Counted from the stretch's first letter, positions 8,287 to 17,945 are shown. The stretch: DNA of 20,231 nt from Candidatus Moanibacter sp. (GCA_965215885.1 CBDCEW010000003.1:1-20231); one strand, 5' to 3'. Numbers and translations are program-made. Notes: a model not told the origin generated them from the letters alone.

Positions 8287-11200
8287 CTATAGCTCCGGCA
8301 GGTTAGCTGTCGGTCTCGAATCGGTGCCTGATTCGGTGGAAGCATTGACTTCCTCGGTATTCCTGTCGAAGCGCATCGACACCAGCTTAGACACCCCCTT
8401 CTCCTGCATCGTAATACCGTAAATCACATCAGCAACCGATATTGTGCGTTTGTTGTGCGTGATGATCAAGAACTGAGAGTACTCCAGAAAGCGACTGAGC
8501 ATATCCGTGAATCTGCCGATATTAGCGTCGTCCAACGGGGCATCGAGTTCGTCCAGAACACAAAAGGGACTGGGTTTGACCATATATATGGCGAAGAGAA
8601 GAGCGACCGCCGTGAGGGTCTTCTGGCCCCCGCTCAGCAGCGCCAGATTCCTCAATCGGGTACCCGGAGGACGAGCATCCACAAAAATCCCACTCTCCAA
8701 CACATCATCGCTGTCAATCAATCGTAGATCCGCTTGCCCTCCCCCGAAAAGGCATTCAAAAGTATAGGTAAAATTCTTCCGGATCTGATTAAATGTTTCA
8801 GAGAATAACTCCTCGGATGTCTTGTTGATTTCATCAATCGCCTGCAAGAGCTCCTCTTTCGATCGCCACAGATCATCGCTCTGGGACTTAAGAAAGTCGT
8901 GTCTTTCATACAGTTCCTTATACTCGTCGATAGCAATCAAGTTAACCGGTCCCATGGCGTTGATTCGGCTCCTCAGTTGCCCCACTTCCTCTGTCACTTG
9001 CAGCCAGGTCAACACCCGAGACCTTCTCCAGTTCGTGGCCTGAAGGGATCTCCGCTTCTTCAATCTGCTTGGCCGGATCGAGTTCTGATTCGTCCAGATC
9101 CACATGAATGCGATCGGGAAGGGGCCCGCCCGCCCGCCACAATTCGAGCCGCCAATCAATCTGATGGATTTCGACTTCGTGTTCGCGGCGCACTTCCTCA
9201 AAGAGGAAGTTTAACTCCGATCGCTTCTGGGCAAGTGTAACCGAAACGTCCTTGAATTCCCGTTCCCGTCCTTGCTGCGTCCGCCGGTGTTCCGAAAGCG
9301 TGTTTTCGAGCCAACGAATCCCATTTTCCTGTTCTCTTAACTGGCTGGTCCGCTCGTCCAGTGAGGCCAGAGTGATCTGCAGCGTCTTCTCGATCTCGTC
9401 GGCGCGAATTCTCTGCCTTGCGGCATCTTCCTTCAGTTCATCAATTCGCTCTATGAGCAGATCCACTTCGCGACGATAAGCGACCTCCCGCTCGCGCCTC
9501 TCGCTCGCCTGTCTATTGGCCTCATCAATCTGACGATCAATGATGATGAGGCGCTGACGCTCCTCCGCCAGGCCGATGCGGGCCAAGGCAAATGCCTCCT
9601 GGTGCCGATCGCGCTCCTCCCGAATACTCGCGATGGATTTCTCCGTTTCCGCCAGGGCCGACTTGATCGCCTCCGCGTCGCCTTCACCTTCCCGCAAATC
9701 ATCAGCGGCTTGCCGTAGTCTGGCGTCACAGAGTGCCCGCCGTTCTTCGCAAAGGCGCCGCTTTTCCCTGAATTCCTCCGCTCGAACCGCGGATTCCCGA
9801 TAACGATTTTTGCTCGCTCGAACCTGTTCTTCGAACAGCGACAATTCGGATTTTACGTCGACCTGCCGCTGGCGTCTTTCCTCAAGGTCCCGTTCAGCCT
9901 GGCGAAGTTCGTCCTGCAGCCTTTCCGCTTCCCGATGTAAGCTCTGCAGTGCTCTGGTGGAGTTTTTCAATTGCTCCGTCAGTTCCCTGATCTGGGCATC
10001 TCGCTCCAGCAGTCCGGCAGAGGTCTGTTTGCCGTGGCCGCCGAAAAGCAAGCCGCGCCTGTCGATCAAATCGCCCTCCGGCGATGCAACGAGGGAAAAC
10101 TGCAGCGCAGGATGGGAGTCCCAATACTCGAAAAAGGCGGCGAAATCGCTGCACACGAAGGCACCATCCAACAAGGACGTGAGTATTTCGCATGTCTCCT
10201 CATCATCCGCCTGAACGCAATCCAGCGCCGGCTTCAGAACTATCTCCGGGCTCTCGCCGGAAACGCCCGAGACCGAGGCAAGCGGAACCTTGAGACAAGC
10301 TTTTCCGAGTTCTTTGAGGTTGAGCTCGCCAGCAGCCGCCAGCGCTTCTTCGACGCTGTCGGTCACGATAGCATCGATGGCCGGACCCAGGAGCGCTTCA
10401 ACCGCACGCAGATACGCCTGATCCACTCGGATACGATCCATGAGCAACCTTTCGAATTGGCCTTTGGGCAAACAGGAAACATCGCCCCTCAGTATTGCTT
10501 TGGTTCCCTCCCCGAATCCTTCGAACCGCCGCTTGACCTCCTCCAAAACCGACACTCTCGCGCCAATTTCAGCCACTTTTCGATCAAGTTCCTGGATGCT
10601 CGCCTGTTGGGCACGGAAACGTTCACGGGATTCATCAAATTCCACGCGCGCTCCGCAAAGCAGCTGTTCGGCAGCTTCGGCTCGCTTCCCGCAGGATACC
10701 ATCGCTTCGGTCAAACTTGCTCGCTCTTCGCTCAGTTTTCCCATTTCCCGCTCCCACGTGCTACTTTCCTCCCGAAAGTTGGTGTTTTCAACTTGTAGCG
10801 TCTTGAGCTCCAGCTCGATTCGCGTAGATTGCGCGCGAGAGCGTGTTATTTCACCCTCTTTGAGCAAGAGATTCTGCCTCTGATCCCGCATTTTCCGGTC
10901 CGCATCGGACAGTCTTTGCTCAATCAAAGAAAACCCCTCAAGTTCCCTTTCGTATTCAAGCGATCGACAACCTACCTGCTCCAGGTGCTGTTTTCGCCCT
11001 TCCAGATTTCCGGTCCCCTGTCCTTCCAGGTCCTCAGCTTCCAAGTGAAGGATTCGCGCCGCCTCTTCCAGTTCGCCTATTCGCTTCTGCAGGTCTTGCG
11101 ACCGAATTCCCGAAAATTCAAACTGACTCTCTGCTTGCTCCTTTTCCGACCGAAGGTCGAAAACGGTCTGTTGTGTATCCTGAAGTAATCGGAACAGTTC

Positions 11201-12031
11201 ATCGCGGCTCTGCCTCTTGTCTTCAAGATCCTTTTCCCAGGTTGCCGTTTGTTGGAGAGACTCATCCAATTCCTCCCGCAGGCCAACGCATTGCACTTCA
11301 AGCGCGGCAACTTCACCCTTGAGATGTCCGTAGCGAAAGGCTGCATCTGCCAGCGCCAAATGCGTTAACCGATGCTTTATGCGACGGTAGCGCAGGGCCT
11401 TGCCAGCTTGCCTGCGGAGTGATCCGATCTGCCGGCCAATCTCATCCATGACATCAGTGATGCGGGCCAGATTAGCGTCAACGAGGGCCAGTTTATTCAG
11501 CGCTTCCCTCCGCTGGGCTTTGTATTTCGAGATACCGGCGGCCTCCTCGAATACCACTCGCCGATCAGCCGGATTGGAAGACAGTAGCTGATCGATCTGC
11601 CCCTGTAACATAAAGGAATAGGAGACACGGCCAATCCCAGTATCCAGGAAGAGCCGATGGATATCTCGCAAGCGACATGGTTTCCCATTGAGGGAATAGG
11701 AACTTCCACCTTCCCGACTTACCCTTCTGCCAATTTCTACTTCCGAGAAAGCGGTCCCGAGTTCGCTCTCGCAGTCGGTAAAGAGAAGAGAAACATCGCA
11801 AAGGTTAACCGGCCGTCGCGCATCCGAGCCCTGAAAAATTACGTCCTGCATGGAACCGGCACGCAGTGATTTCGAGCTCTGCTCGCCCAACACCCACCGG
11901 ATAGCATCAGCTATATTGCTCTTGCCACAGCCATTGGGTCCTACGATTGCCGTAAGCCCGCTTTCCAGATGCAGGACGGTCTGATCGGCAAAGCTCTTGA
12001 ATCCGTTGAGACGCAGTTCCTTCAGATACAT
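8287..12031 (-). CDS. smc: Chromosome segregation protein SMC, one +1 frameshift near 9007-9008, ~1247 aa when repaired
   Basis: Motifs: GFKSFAD, Walker A GPNGCGKSN, long coiled coils with a hinge, GPVNL, signature LSGGQK and Walker B CVLDELDAPLD. Removing one C from GACCTGG gives ...GVDWLQVTEEV... in frame. Confidence 0.96.
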
Positions 12032-12156
12032 ATTTTTCAGATCATCTCATAGCGGCCCGACGGATTCAGTCGGTTGCCGGTTTATATGGGGGATATAAAT
12101 TTTGGACCCCAACCTCAACAAGGCAATTCTCCTGTCATATCGAAAAAAACTTCTCA

Positions 12157-13323
12157 TTAGATACGGTCTGCCTTCACCAACATATAAGCGCCAACCCCCT
12201 GATAAATCAAATTGGGTAACCAGACGAGTAGATCGGGACGTAGTCGCGGGTAGTTTTCAATCCAGTTCACGGCCACGATCAGAAAGTAAAAGCTCATCGC
12301 CAGAACGAGAGCCAAAGCGAAATTCGCATGGGTCTCAGATCGGCTGGCGCGGATGCCCAAGGGAATTGCCACAAAGCTGAGCGAAAGCACAGAAAACGCC
12401 ATGGCCAGATTCTTCTGGATCTGAATTCGGATTCTCATGCCCTCGGCCTGAAGCCGCCCGCTGTTTTCGGGGTCAGGTTGAACCCTCCCTGCCCTCAAAG
12501 TCGCTTCAATAACGTCGAGCCGCTCTCGCAGCTCTCCCAAATCGAGAGAGGAAATACTGACATGCCGCGAGCGTCGCCCCAGAATCCTGTCCAGGGGCAA
12601 TCGCAGACGTGCCTTCGAAAACGTACCCAGCGGACGGACACGTTGCAGGTCATCCGGGTCGCCAATCCGCAATTCGGTAACGCCATTCAACAGCGTCAGC
12701 ACGAGCGCATCGTCTTTCTCATCAAATGAAAACTCTCCGCTACGAGCGCGGAGCAGTTTTACCGCCCGCTGTTCTTCATCCAATTCCCAGATCCAGAAGT
12801 CCTCCAACCTATCTCCATCCTTTGCTCCCAAATAGATCACATACCCAGGAAAATCGTAGACAAATGTCCGCGGAATCATGAACTTCAGCGGCCCACTGCG
12901 AATGGCGTCTGCCAGGAGCGAGCGATAATTCGCCTTGGCCCGGGGTGCATAGTAACAATTGATCAGTGCGCAAGCCACCACACCAATCGTTGCTATAAAG
13001 AAAATTGGCGCCGCAATGTGCCAAAGGGAAAGTCCACTCGCGCGAATCGCCACAATTTCGCGATGCGCCGCCATCCTTCCGAGGACCAGCAAAATGCCGG
13101 TCAGCAAACCCAGAGGTAGTGCATAGGCAATCACATAAGGCACCAGCAAGACCATCAACCGGGCAAACAGCGCCATACTCAGACGACCGTCAGCCAACAA
13201 TCCGAATGCCTCTTTGAGCGCGTTACCGGCCAGAAGAACAAAGACGAAGAGGCTGACCGTAGCCAGACTACTGACAAAGACAGCCCTGCACAGGTAGCGA
13301 AACAGCAGTCCGACTGAATTCAT
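12157..13323 (-). CDS. LPS export ABC transporter permease, LptF/LptG family
   Basis: Motifs: LLFRYL, ALPLGLLTGILLVLGRMAAHREIVAIRASGLS, AIPLG and WLPN. Layout is 3 TM + periplasmic domain + 3 TM. The ATG at 13323 is preferred to the TTG at 13353. Confidence 0.9.
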   Translation of the reverse strand: MNSVGLLFRYLCRAVFVSSLATVSLFVFVLLAGNALKEAFGLLADGRLSMALFARLMVLLVPYVIAYALPLGLLTGILLVLGRMAAHREIVAIRASGLSLWHIAAPIFFIATIGVVACALINCYYAPRAKANYRSLLADAIRSGPLKFMIPRTFVYDFPGYVIYLGAKDGDRLEDFWIWELDEEQRAVKLLRARSGEFSFDEKDDALVLTLLNGVTELRIGDPDDLQRVRPLGTFSKARLRLPLDRILGRRSRHVSISSLDLGELRERLDVIEATLRAGRVQPDPENSGRLQAEGMRIRIQIQKNLAMAFSVLSLSFVAIPLGIRASRSETHANFALALVLAMSFYFLIVAVNWIENYPRLRPDLLVWLPNLIYQGVGAYMLVKADRI

Positions 13324-13579
13324 GGCCTCAATGACTAGTGTCGTGTCCGGCAATTAAGCATAACCAATGTGGAGGCGCCATGGGATCGATAGCAAGGCGG
13401 GAAACCCCGAAATGCCTGCCGGCTTTGCGCGCTTGTCCGGTTTCGACAATCAGACAAGAATCGCGAAGTGTTGACTCAATCATGCGCCAACAACGTTACT
13501 AGTGTTCTGTCTTGTAAATGAGTTTGCGATTGTGGAGACGCCATAGGGTCGCCTCAACAAAGCAACAGCCGCTTAGAAA

Positions 13580-14008
13580 ATGAAAATTGCCATCGCCTCG
13601 GATCATGCCGGTTTTGAATATAAGGAGGCCATCAAAAGGCTGCTTACGGATCTCCGTTACCATGTTGTCGATTTCGGCACGAACAGCAATGAATCGGTTG
13701 ACTACCCTGTCTTCATACACCCAGCGGCTTTGGCCGTTGCGAGCGGCGAATGTGAACGGGGAATAGTCTTGGGAGGTTCCGGAAACGGTGAGGCTATGTG
13801 TGCGAATCGGATCAAAGGAATTCGGTGTGCACTGTGTTGGAACAGTGAAAGCGCGGCCCTGGGACGCCAGCATAATAATGCGAATATGATTGCATTGGGG
13901 CAACGCATGATGTCTCAGGACGATGCCTTGAATTTCGTGAGGATCTGGATGGAAACAGATTTCGAAGGAGGCCGCCATGCCCGGCGACTTGCCCTTCTCG
14001 ACAAATGA
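13580..14008 (+). CDS. rpiB: Ribose 5-phosphate isomerase B
   Basis: 142 aa. Motifs: IAIASDHAG, DYP, GGSGNGE, ANRIKGIRCA, HNNAN and FEGGRHARR. Confidence 0.96.
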   Translation: MKIAIASDHAGFEYKEAIKRLLTDLRYHVVDFGTNSNESVDYPVFIHPAALAVASGECERGIVLGGSGNGEAMCANRIKGIRCALCWNSESAALGRQHNNANMIALGQRMMSQDDALNFVRIWMETDFEGGRHARRLALLDK

Positions 14009-14191
14009 GTGATATACCGCAAAGGTAGGAGAAACGCGCTCGGGTCACGCACGATCCTGTAGCCCGGCGCGCAAGCGCGCGGTCTTTCAGGATTGGATCT
14101 GCCTTGGCCGTCGCGATTATGGATCGTTCAGTCCGTCCATACTGGTTCCCGCCTTTAAACACAGCCCTGAGTTGATCGAAGGGCGACGCCG

Positions 14192-14229
14192 GCCAGCAGC
14201 CTGTCGGCGAAGTCCGACAGGCTGCTGGC
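14192..14229. repeat. Perfect 16-bp inverted repeat with a 6-nt loop
   Basis: GCCAGCAGCCTGTCGG-cgaagt-CCGACAGGCTGCTGGC. A second small palindrome, AAAATCGC-gg-GCGATTTT, follows at 14232-14249. Confidence 0.9.
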
Positions 14230-14357
14230 AGAAAATCGCGGGCGATTTTTGTCGCTAACGCGTTTGTATGTTCCTAAGAGCGGTCCTTGGCGACACGTTA
14301 TAGTCAATGTTGATCGACCCGTCGCCGCTGCGCTGTGCCGAGGCAGGTAGAACACCG

Positions 14358-14636
14358 ATGTTGTTGCCTCCGGACACCCGCTTTGTGGGCTGCAAGGTAA
14401 GCGGTTTTTTCGCCGTGCTGCATACCCTGGGAAGGGAACTGAAGTAACCACCCTCATGTCCACTTCGTCATCCCCGGCGGAGGTCTTTGCCAGGACCGCA
14501 CGCGGTGGGTTCCCGCTCGGGGGCATTTTCTGGTCCATGGACGCGCCCTCTCCAAACTGTTTCGCCGCCAAGATGCGCGCTGCTCTCCAGCGGGCCGGCT
14601 TGCTCGCCCTTGTGCCCGCCCGAAGCCCGCCCCTGA
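14358..14636 (+). pseudogene. IS91-family (Y2/HUH rolling-circle) transposase remnant, frameshifted and internally deleted
   Basis: Across frameshifts it reads DTRFVGCKVSGFFAVLHT(L/W)GRELK / HPHVHFVIPGGGLCQDRTRW...FLVHGRALSKLFR / AKMRAALQRAGLL...ARSPP. The HUH motif HPHVH is at 14449-14463. It is not in the ORF track. Confidence 0.85.
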
Positions 14637-14730
14637 TTCCTCCTGCTTAAGCATTCCCTCCAGCTCATCTCCCCAAAACATCCCTGAACTTCCTGAACTC
14701 ATTCCCGGGCTCTGACCACATCCCCTGCAG

Positions 14731-14819
14731 CCCGAACTATTGCCCTTTACCCGCGGCTTCATGAACCAGGGACTAGAACCGAGCCTTCGCCTCGGCTTCT
14801 AATCCTTATTTTGTTGGGG
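14731..14819 (+). other. IS91-end-like / attC-like structured site ending in GTTGGGG
   Basis: CCCGAAC...GCGGCTTC...hairpin GGACTAGAACCGAG/CTCGGCTTCTAATCC (14770-14805)...AATCCTTATTTT-GTTGGGG (14813-14819). It follows a C-rich tail after the transposase remnant. Confidence 0.5.
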
Positions 14820-15004
14820 TCGTCTTTGCAATTCTGGGTATTCGTTCGTCTCTCTAATCTCTCTACTTAGCTGATTCTGTATACCTCGCAAATTCCGCTC
14901 CGCAAATATCAATCCAATCTCTCATTTCCCAATGTTGATAAACGTAAATACGTCCATCAGATTTCCTTAGAGTCAAAACACGGATCATTTCCACAACATA
15001 GACA

Positions 15005-16640
15005 TAATGCCACTCGGATAAGGCTCATGTCGACGCCTGAAAGCGGGCATGATTTGCGAGGATCCGCTGCTTCAAAACGGCGCGCGGCACCGTCATTCGG
15101 GGAAACGGTTTTGGTCGTCGTTTGACAACCCTGGGTTCGAAGCGATCGAGACGCCTGGGCAGGCAGTCGCCAGCGATCGTGCGCAACAATTTGTGTCGCA
15201 GGCTGTGCCATTGCTTGCGGCTGGCTTGCGCCATTTCGGCGGCGAAGCGCAAGGTAGCGTCCAGCGCGCCCTTGAAAGACAGGCGCATCGAGTGCCCCGC
15301 GGATGTATGGCATCCGGTGGCGCGGGCGGCCTGTTGCATCAACAGTCGAACCAAGTTGTAGGCGATCGCATACATGGTGCCCATTTTCACCGCCATGGCC
15401 GGAGACCTGGCGCGGATAAAATCCATACCCATGGTGGTTTTGATGTCATCGAAGGACAACTCGATCTCCCAGCGTCGCATGTACAGTTGCGCCAGTTCTT
15501 TTGCCGGCGCCTCCAGCAGCGTGGTAACCACCCTGATGTGACGGGTGCGAAAACCGGGAATTTCGATGCGGTAGCGCACATAGCGCACCGCGATCGTGGC
15601 CGGCAGCGCTTCCCATTCCGGCTGTGTGACATGGGGTGGGCGGGCGCTTGGCGCAGGCCGCCTCCACTGCACCGTGACATCGTCGCCACGCATCCCCTTA
15701 GGCCAGCCACGCGAGCCGTTCAGTCGCGTCACCACATCCACGCCCCGGGCCGCCAAGGCCGCAAAACGCAGGTAGGAACCATACAAACGGTCGCCCAGCA
15801 GCACGTCGCCGGCCTGCAAATGCTCCCTCAGTTCGACATCGAACATGCCGCCTTCGTGGGCGCTGTGGGGACTGAACGAAAACCGCTCCAGCGCACTGCT
15901 GCCCAGATTGAACAGAGCCACTATCTGCATCACCGGAAACCCGCAACCGGGTTTCTGCCCGGCGGGTTGGCAATACTCCTCTTGATTGGCTGGGGTGTCT
16001 TCCAGTTGCACCGAGGTGCCGTCCACGACCATGACGCGCCGCCCTCCCAGCAACCCTCCCGAGGACATCATCTTCTCACAGACCCGCCCATGTACCGCAT
16101 CCACACTGTCCTGTGGCAAGCGCTGGCGCGCATCGCTGTAACTGCCGGTGCTGTTGCCTAGGTCCCGCTCCCCATCGGCCGCGCAAACCGAGGCCTGTAT
16201 TTCTCGCACCGCATCGCGCAGAGTGCCACCGCGAAACACCTGTCCGAGCATGCCCCAGAAGGTCACATCGGCCGGAAAGAGCCGCTCGCGGCAGCCGTTG
16301 GCACCGGCGATTTTTTCCGCTTCCACCGCTTCGCTAAACAACGAATGCAGTTGACCCGGGGCGCGCCCCCGTATCTCATCGAATCGTTCTTTAAGGGTCC
16401 GCGCGGCAGACTTTTTAGCTCGTCCAAAGAGGCGGTTGAAACCTTTGAAGTATAGTGTTTTATGCATACAAACACGATGCCTCAATAACGTCTATTTAGC
16501 GAGCTTATTATTCAACAAAAATCACCCGATAAGCGCCTTATCCGGATCCTACTTTTTTACCGCAGACAAGTTCAGCGACAACAAGGTCATCAAATTCCCG
16601 TTGCTCCTTACTCCTCTCGTGGTACCACCGAGTGGAATCA
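15005..16640 (-). mobile_element. IS4-family insertion sequence, 1636 bp
   Basis: Terminal IRs are TAATGCCACTCGG (15005-15017) and CCGAGTGGAATCA (16628-16640), an 11/13 match. TAATGCC is the typical IS4 terminus. No long target duplication is visible. Confidence 0.85.
15025..16467 (-). CDS. IS4-family DDE transposase
   Basis: 480 aa from the ATG at 16467. Motifs: VVDGTSV (D), LGDRLY (D), YMRRWEIELSFDDIK (YREK motif, E) and C-terminal RFEPRVVKRRPK. Confidence 0.95.
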   Translation of the reverse strand: MHKTLYFKGFNRLFGRAKKSAARTLKERFDEIRGRAPGQLHSLFSEAVEAEKIAGANGCRERLFPADVTFWGMLGQVFRGGTLRDAVREIQASVCAADGERDLGNSTGSYSDARQRLPQDSVDAVHGRVCEKMMSSGGLLGGRRVMVVDGTSVQLEDTPANQEEYCQPAGQKPGCGFPVMQIVALFNLGSSALERFSFSPHSAHEGGMFDVELREHLQAGDVLLGDRLYGSYLRFAALAARGVDVVTRLNGSRGWPKGMRGDDVTVQWRRPAPSARPPHVTQPEWEALPATIAVRYVRYRIEIPGFRTRHIRVVTTLLEAPAKELAQLYMRRWEIELSFDDIKTTMGMDFIRARSPAMAVKMGTMYAIAYNLVRLLMQQAARATGCHTSAGHSMRLSFKGALDATLRFAAEMAQASRKQWHSLRHKLLRTIAGDCLPRRLDRFEPRVVKRRPKPFPRMTVPRAVLKQRILANHARFQAST

Positions 16641-16683
16641 TACATATTTTCCATGAATTCTTCAATTTCGTCCATATGCTAAT

Positions 16684-16774
16684 GCCCAACGTTTAGCATT
16701 GTATGGGGCGTGACGGCGAAGCCGCAGATAGCGTGTCGAACTGATCCGCTCGGGGCAAGGCTGAAGCGTTGGCC
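16684..16774 (-). other. attC-like / IS91-end-like imperfect palindrome ending in GTTGGGC on the - strand
   Basis: On the + strand, GCCCAACGTTTAGCATTG (from 16684) can pair imperfectly with CAAGGCTGAAGCGTTGGCC (to 16774), with one bulge. There is an inner hairpin CGGC-gaa-GCCG. GTTGGGC fits GTTRRRY and lies 8 nt before the ATG at 16675. Confidence 0.5.
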
Positions 16775-17175
16775 TTGGGAGCGTTTGGCAGGGTCTATGG
16801 GTATTGTCTGTCTGGCCGGGGCAGGGCAAATTCGGTGAGGAGACCGGTTGATAGCTGTAAAGAGGGAATGGGAAGAGTGGCGACGGGACGGTGGGCGGGT
16901 CCGAAAAGGCTAATGGCGGATGGGCGAGAACCACATCTGTGTTTGCCAGACGCTCAGAGTGGGGAGTAGTGACTGCACCTCATGGGAATCGCATATGAGA
17001 TTTGACGGGGTTAAAGGTTTTGGTTTGCCAGTGCTGCTACAGCCGAATGTCAGAGTGTTTGCCTCCAAGGTGTTCAGTCCGGGACGATTTGAAGGGAGCA
17101 ATTTCGGTTTCCGCTGAGACCGATCCGCGAATGGGCAACAAGGCTTCTATTTGAGATTTGGGGGTGGATCGCTTC

Positions 17176-17196
17176 ACTCGTGCCAAACTCGTGCTA
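17176..17196 (+). repeat. Tandem 10-bp direct repeat, candidate integrase arm-type sites
   Basis: ACTCGTGCCA-a-ACTCGTGCTA, about 105 bp from the tRNA fragment. Confidence 0.55.
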
Positions 17197-17273
17197 CATA
17201 TCGTTCATTTCGGTTCACCTGAGGGCATCTGAAGCACCACCTGTCAGTTGCTTCCGGCAAACAAAAAATCTTT

Positions 17274-17286
17274 TAACCTATTGATT
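17274..17286. promoter_or_regulatory. IHF-like binding site
   Basis: TAACCTATTGATT matches YAANNNNTTGATW exactly. It has an upstream A-tract and sits beside the att core. Confidence 0.5.
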
Positions 17287-17302
17287 GAAAGTATTTTAGG
17301 AT

Positions 17303-17325
17303 TGGGTGCAGGGGCGGGACTTGAA
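17303..17325 (-). other. tRNA 3'-end fragment (initiator tRNA-Met-like), the att core of an integrative element
   Basis: The - strand reads TTCAAGT-CCCGC-CCCTGCA-C-CCA: T loop, 3' T stem, 3' acceptor strand and CCA. The 5' part of a tRNA is absent. Confidence 0.75.
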
Positions 17326-17544
17326 ATCGCCCCACACCAGTTTCTTGGGAATTCCATAACTTGCTTAACATCAGATAAATAGCTATCATCAGAACCTTGG
17401 GCGATCCCGACTCATTCCCTCAATTCGGCACACAGCGGCAGATTCCGGCAATGTCATGCAATAATTATGGGAGGAATTGATAGGAATCAGGAAAGGACGC
17501 GACCCGAGCGCGGCGGTCAGGCAGGCGAGGCACATACCGAAATG

Positions 17545-17910
17545 TCATCGCCAGATAAGCGCGCCGTCGGTCCAAACCATGAGGTAGTTGCCGGAACCGA
17601 AAGTAGCGCCTGGTGCGGAGTGTAGGCCGGTTATAGTACATCCGGTATCGACAAATGAGCCTACAAGATCCCCTTTAGGCGAGAGCAATTGTGCGCCGGC
17701 GGCGTCGCGATTGGTACCGCTCCCCCGAAGTGCAACGATGAAATTGGTCCCATCGAAAGCCGAAGTTACGCCCACCTCCCGTTGCAAGGTTTCCGCTACA
17801 GGATGGCAGACACTAACAAACTGATCGGTTGCTGCCTCGAACTGCGCAATCGGCAACATGATGGAAAGGAGCAGAGTCCAAGGCGTTCTAAAGTTCATAA
17901 GAGCCAGCAT
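17545..17910 (-). pseudogene. Probably truncated secreted/surface beta-repeat protein
   Basis: It has a signal-peptide-like N-terminus and two related repeats, AFDGTNFIVA and TFGSGNYLMVWTD, then stops. The start is uncertain (17910 or 17898). Confidence 0.55.
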
Positions 17911-17945
17911 CACACCGGTGCTTGGGATATCCGTCAATTCGGGAT

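Larger units (their letters stand above)
14863..16675 (-). pseudogene. Small AT-rich cassette-like ORF interrupted by the IS4 element (pieces 16675-16641 and 15004-14863)
   Basis: Removing 15005-16640 gives an in-frame 58-aa ORF: MDEIEEFMENMYVYVVEMIRVLTLRKSDGRIYVYQHWEMRDWIDICGAEFARYTESAK. No family was recognised. Confidence 0.5.

Noticed and set aside
6150..9008. fabB and smc as true pseudogenes or programmed frameshifts
   Set aside because: All three shifts are single extra bases in short runs, in genes with intact motifs and no in-frame stops. Similar indels occur elsewhere in the window, so sequencing error is the simplest explanation. Reads are needed to confirm.
9971..10798. 275-aa + strand ORF and other ORFs inside smc
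   Set aside because: They are antisense or alternate-frame shadows of smc.
14155..14762. 138-aa and 102-aa - strand ORFs
   Set aside because: They are antisense to the IS91 transposase remnant and its C-rich tail.
15049..16161. 370-aa + strand ORF
   Set aside because: It is an antisense shadow of the GC-rich IS4 transposase and has no recognisable motifs.
16534..16552. Enterobacterial REP-like CGCCTTATCCGGATCCTAC
   Set aside because: It is a single partial match inside an IS and is better explained as an IR-related sequence.
17281..17380. Intact tRNA gene
   Set aside because: Only the T loop to CCA is present. The 5' T stem, anticodon arm and D arm cannot be formed.
14009..17544. CRISPR array, complete integron or group II intron
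   Set aside because: There are no regularly spaced repeats, no intI or other tyrosine recombinase gene, and no intron domain V or reverse transcriptase motifs.
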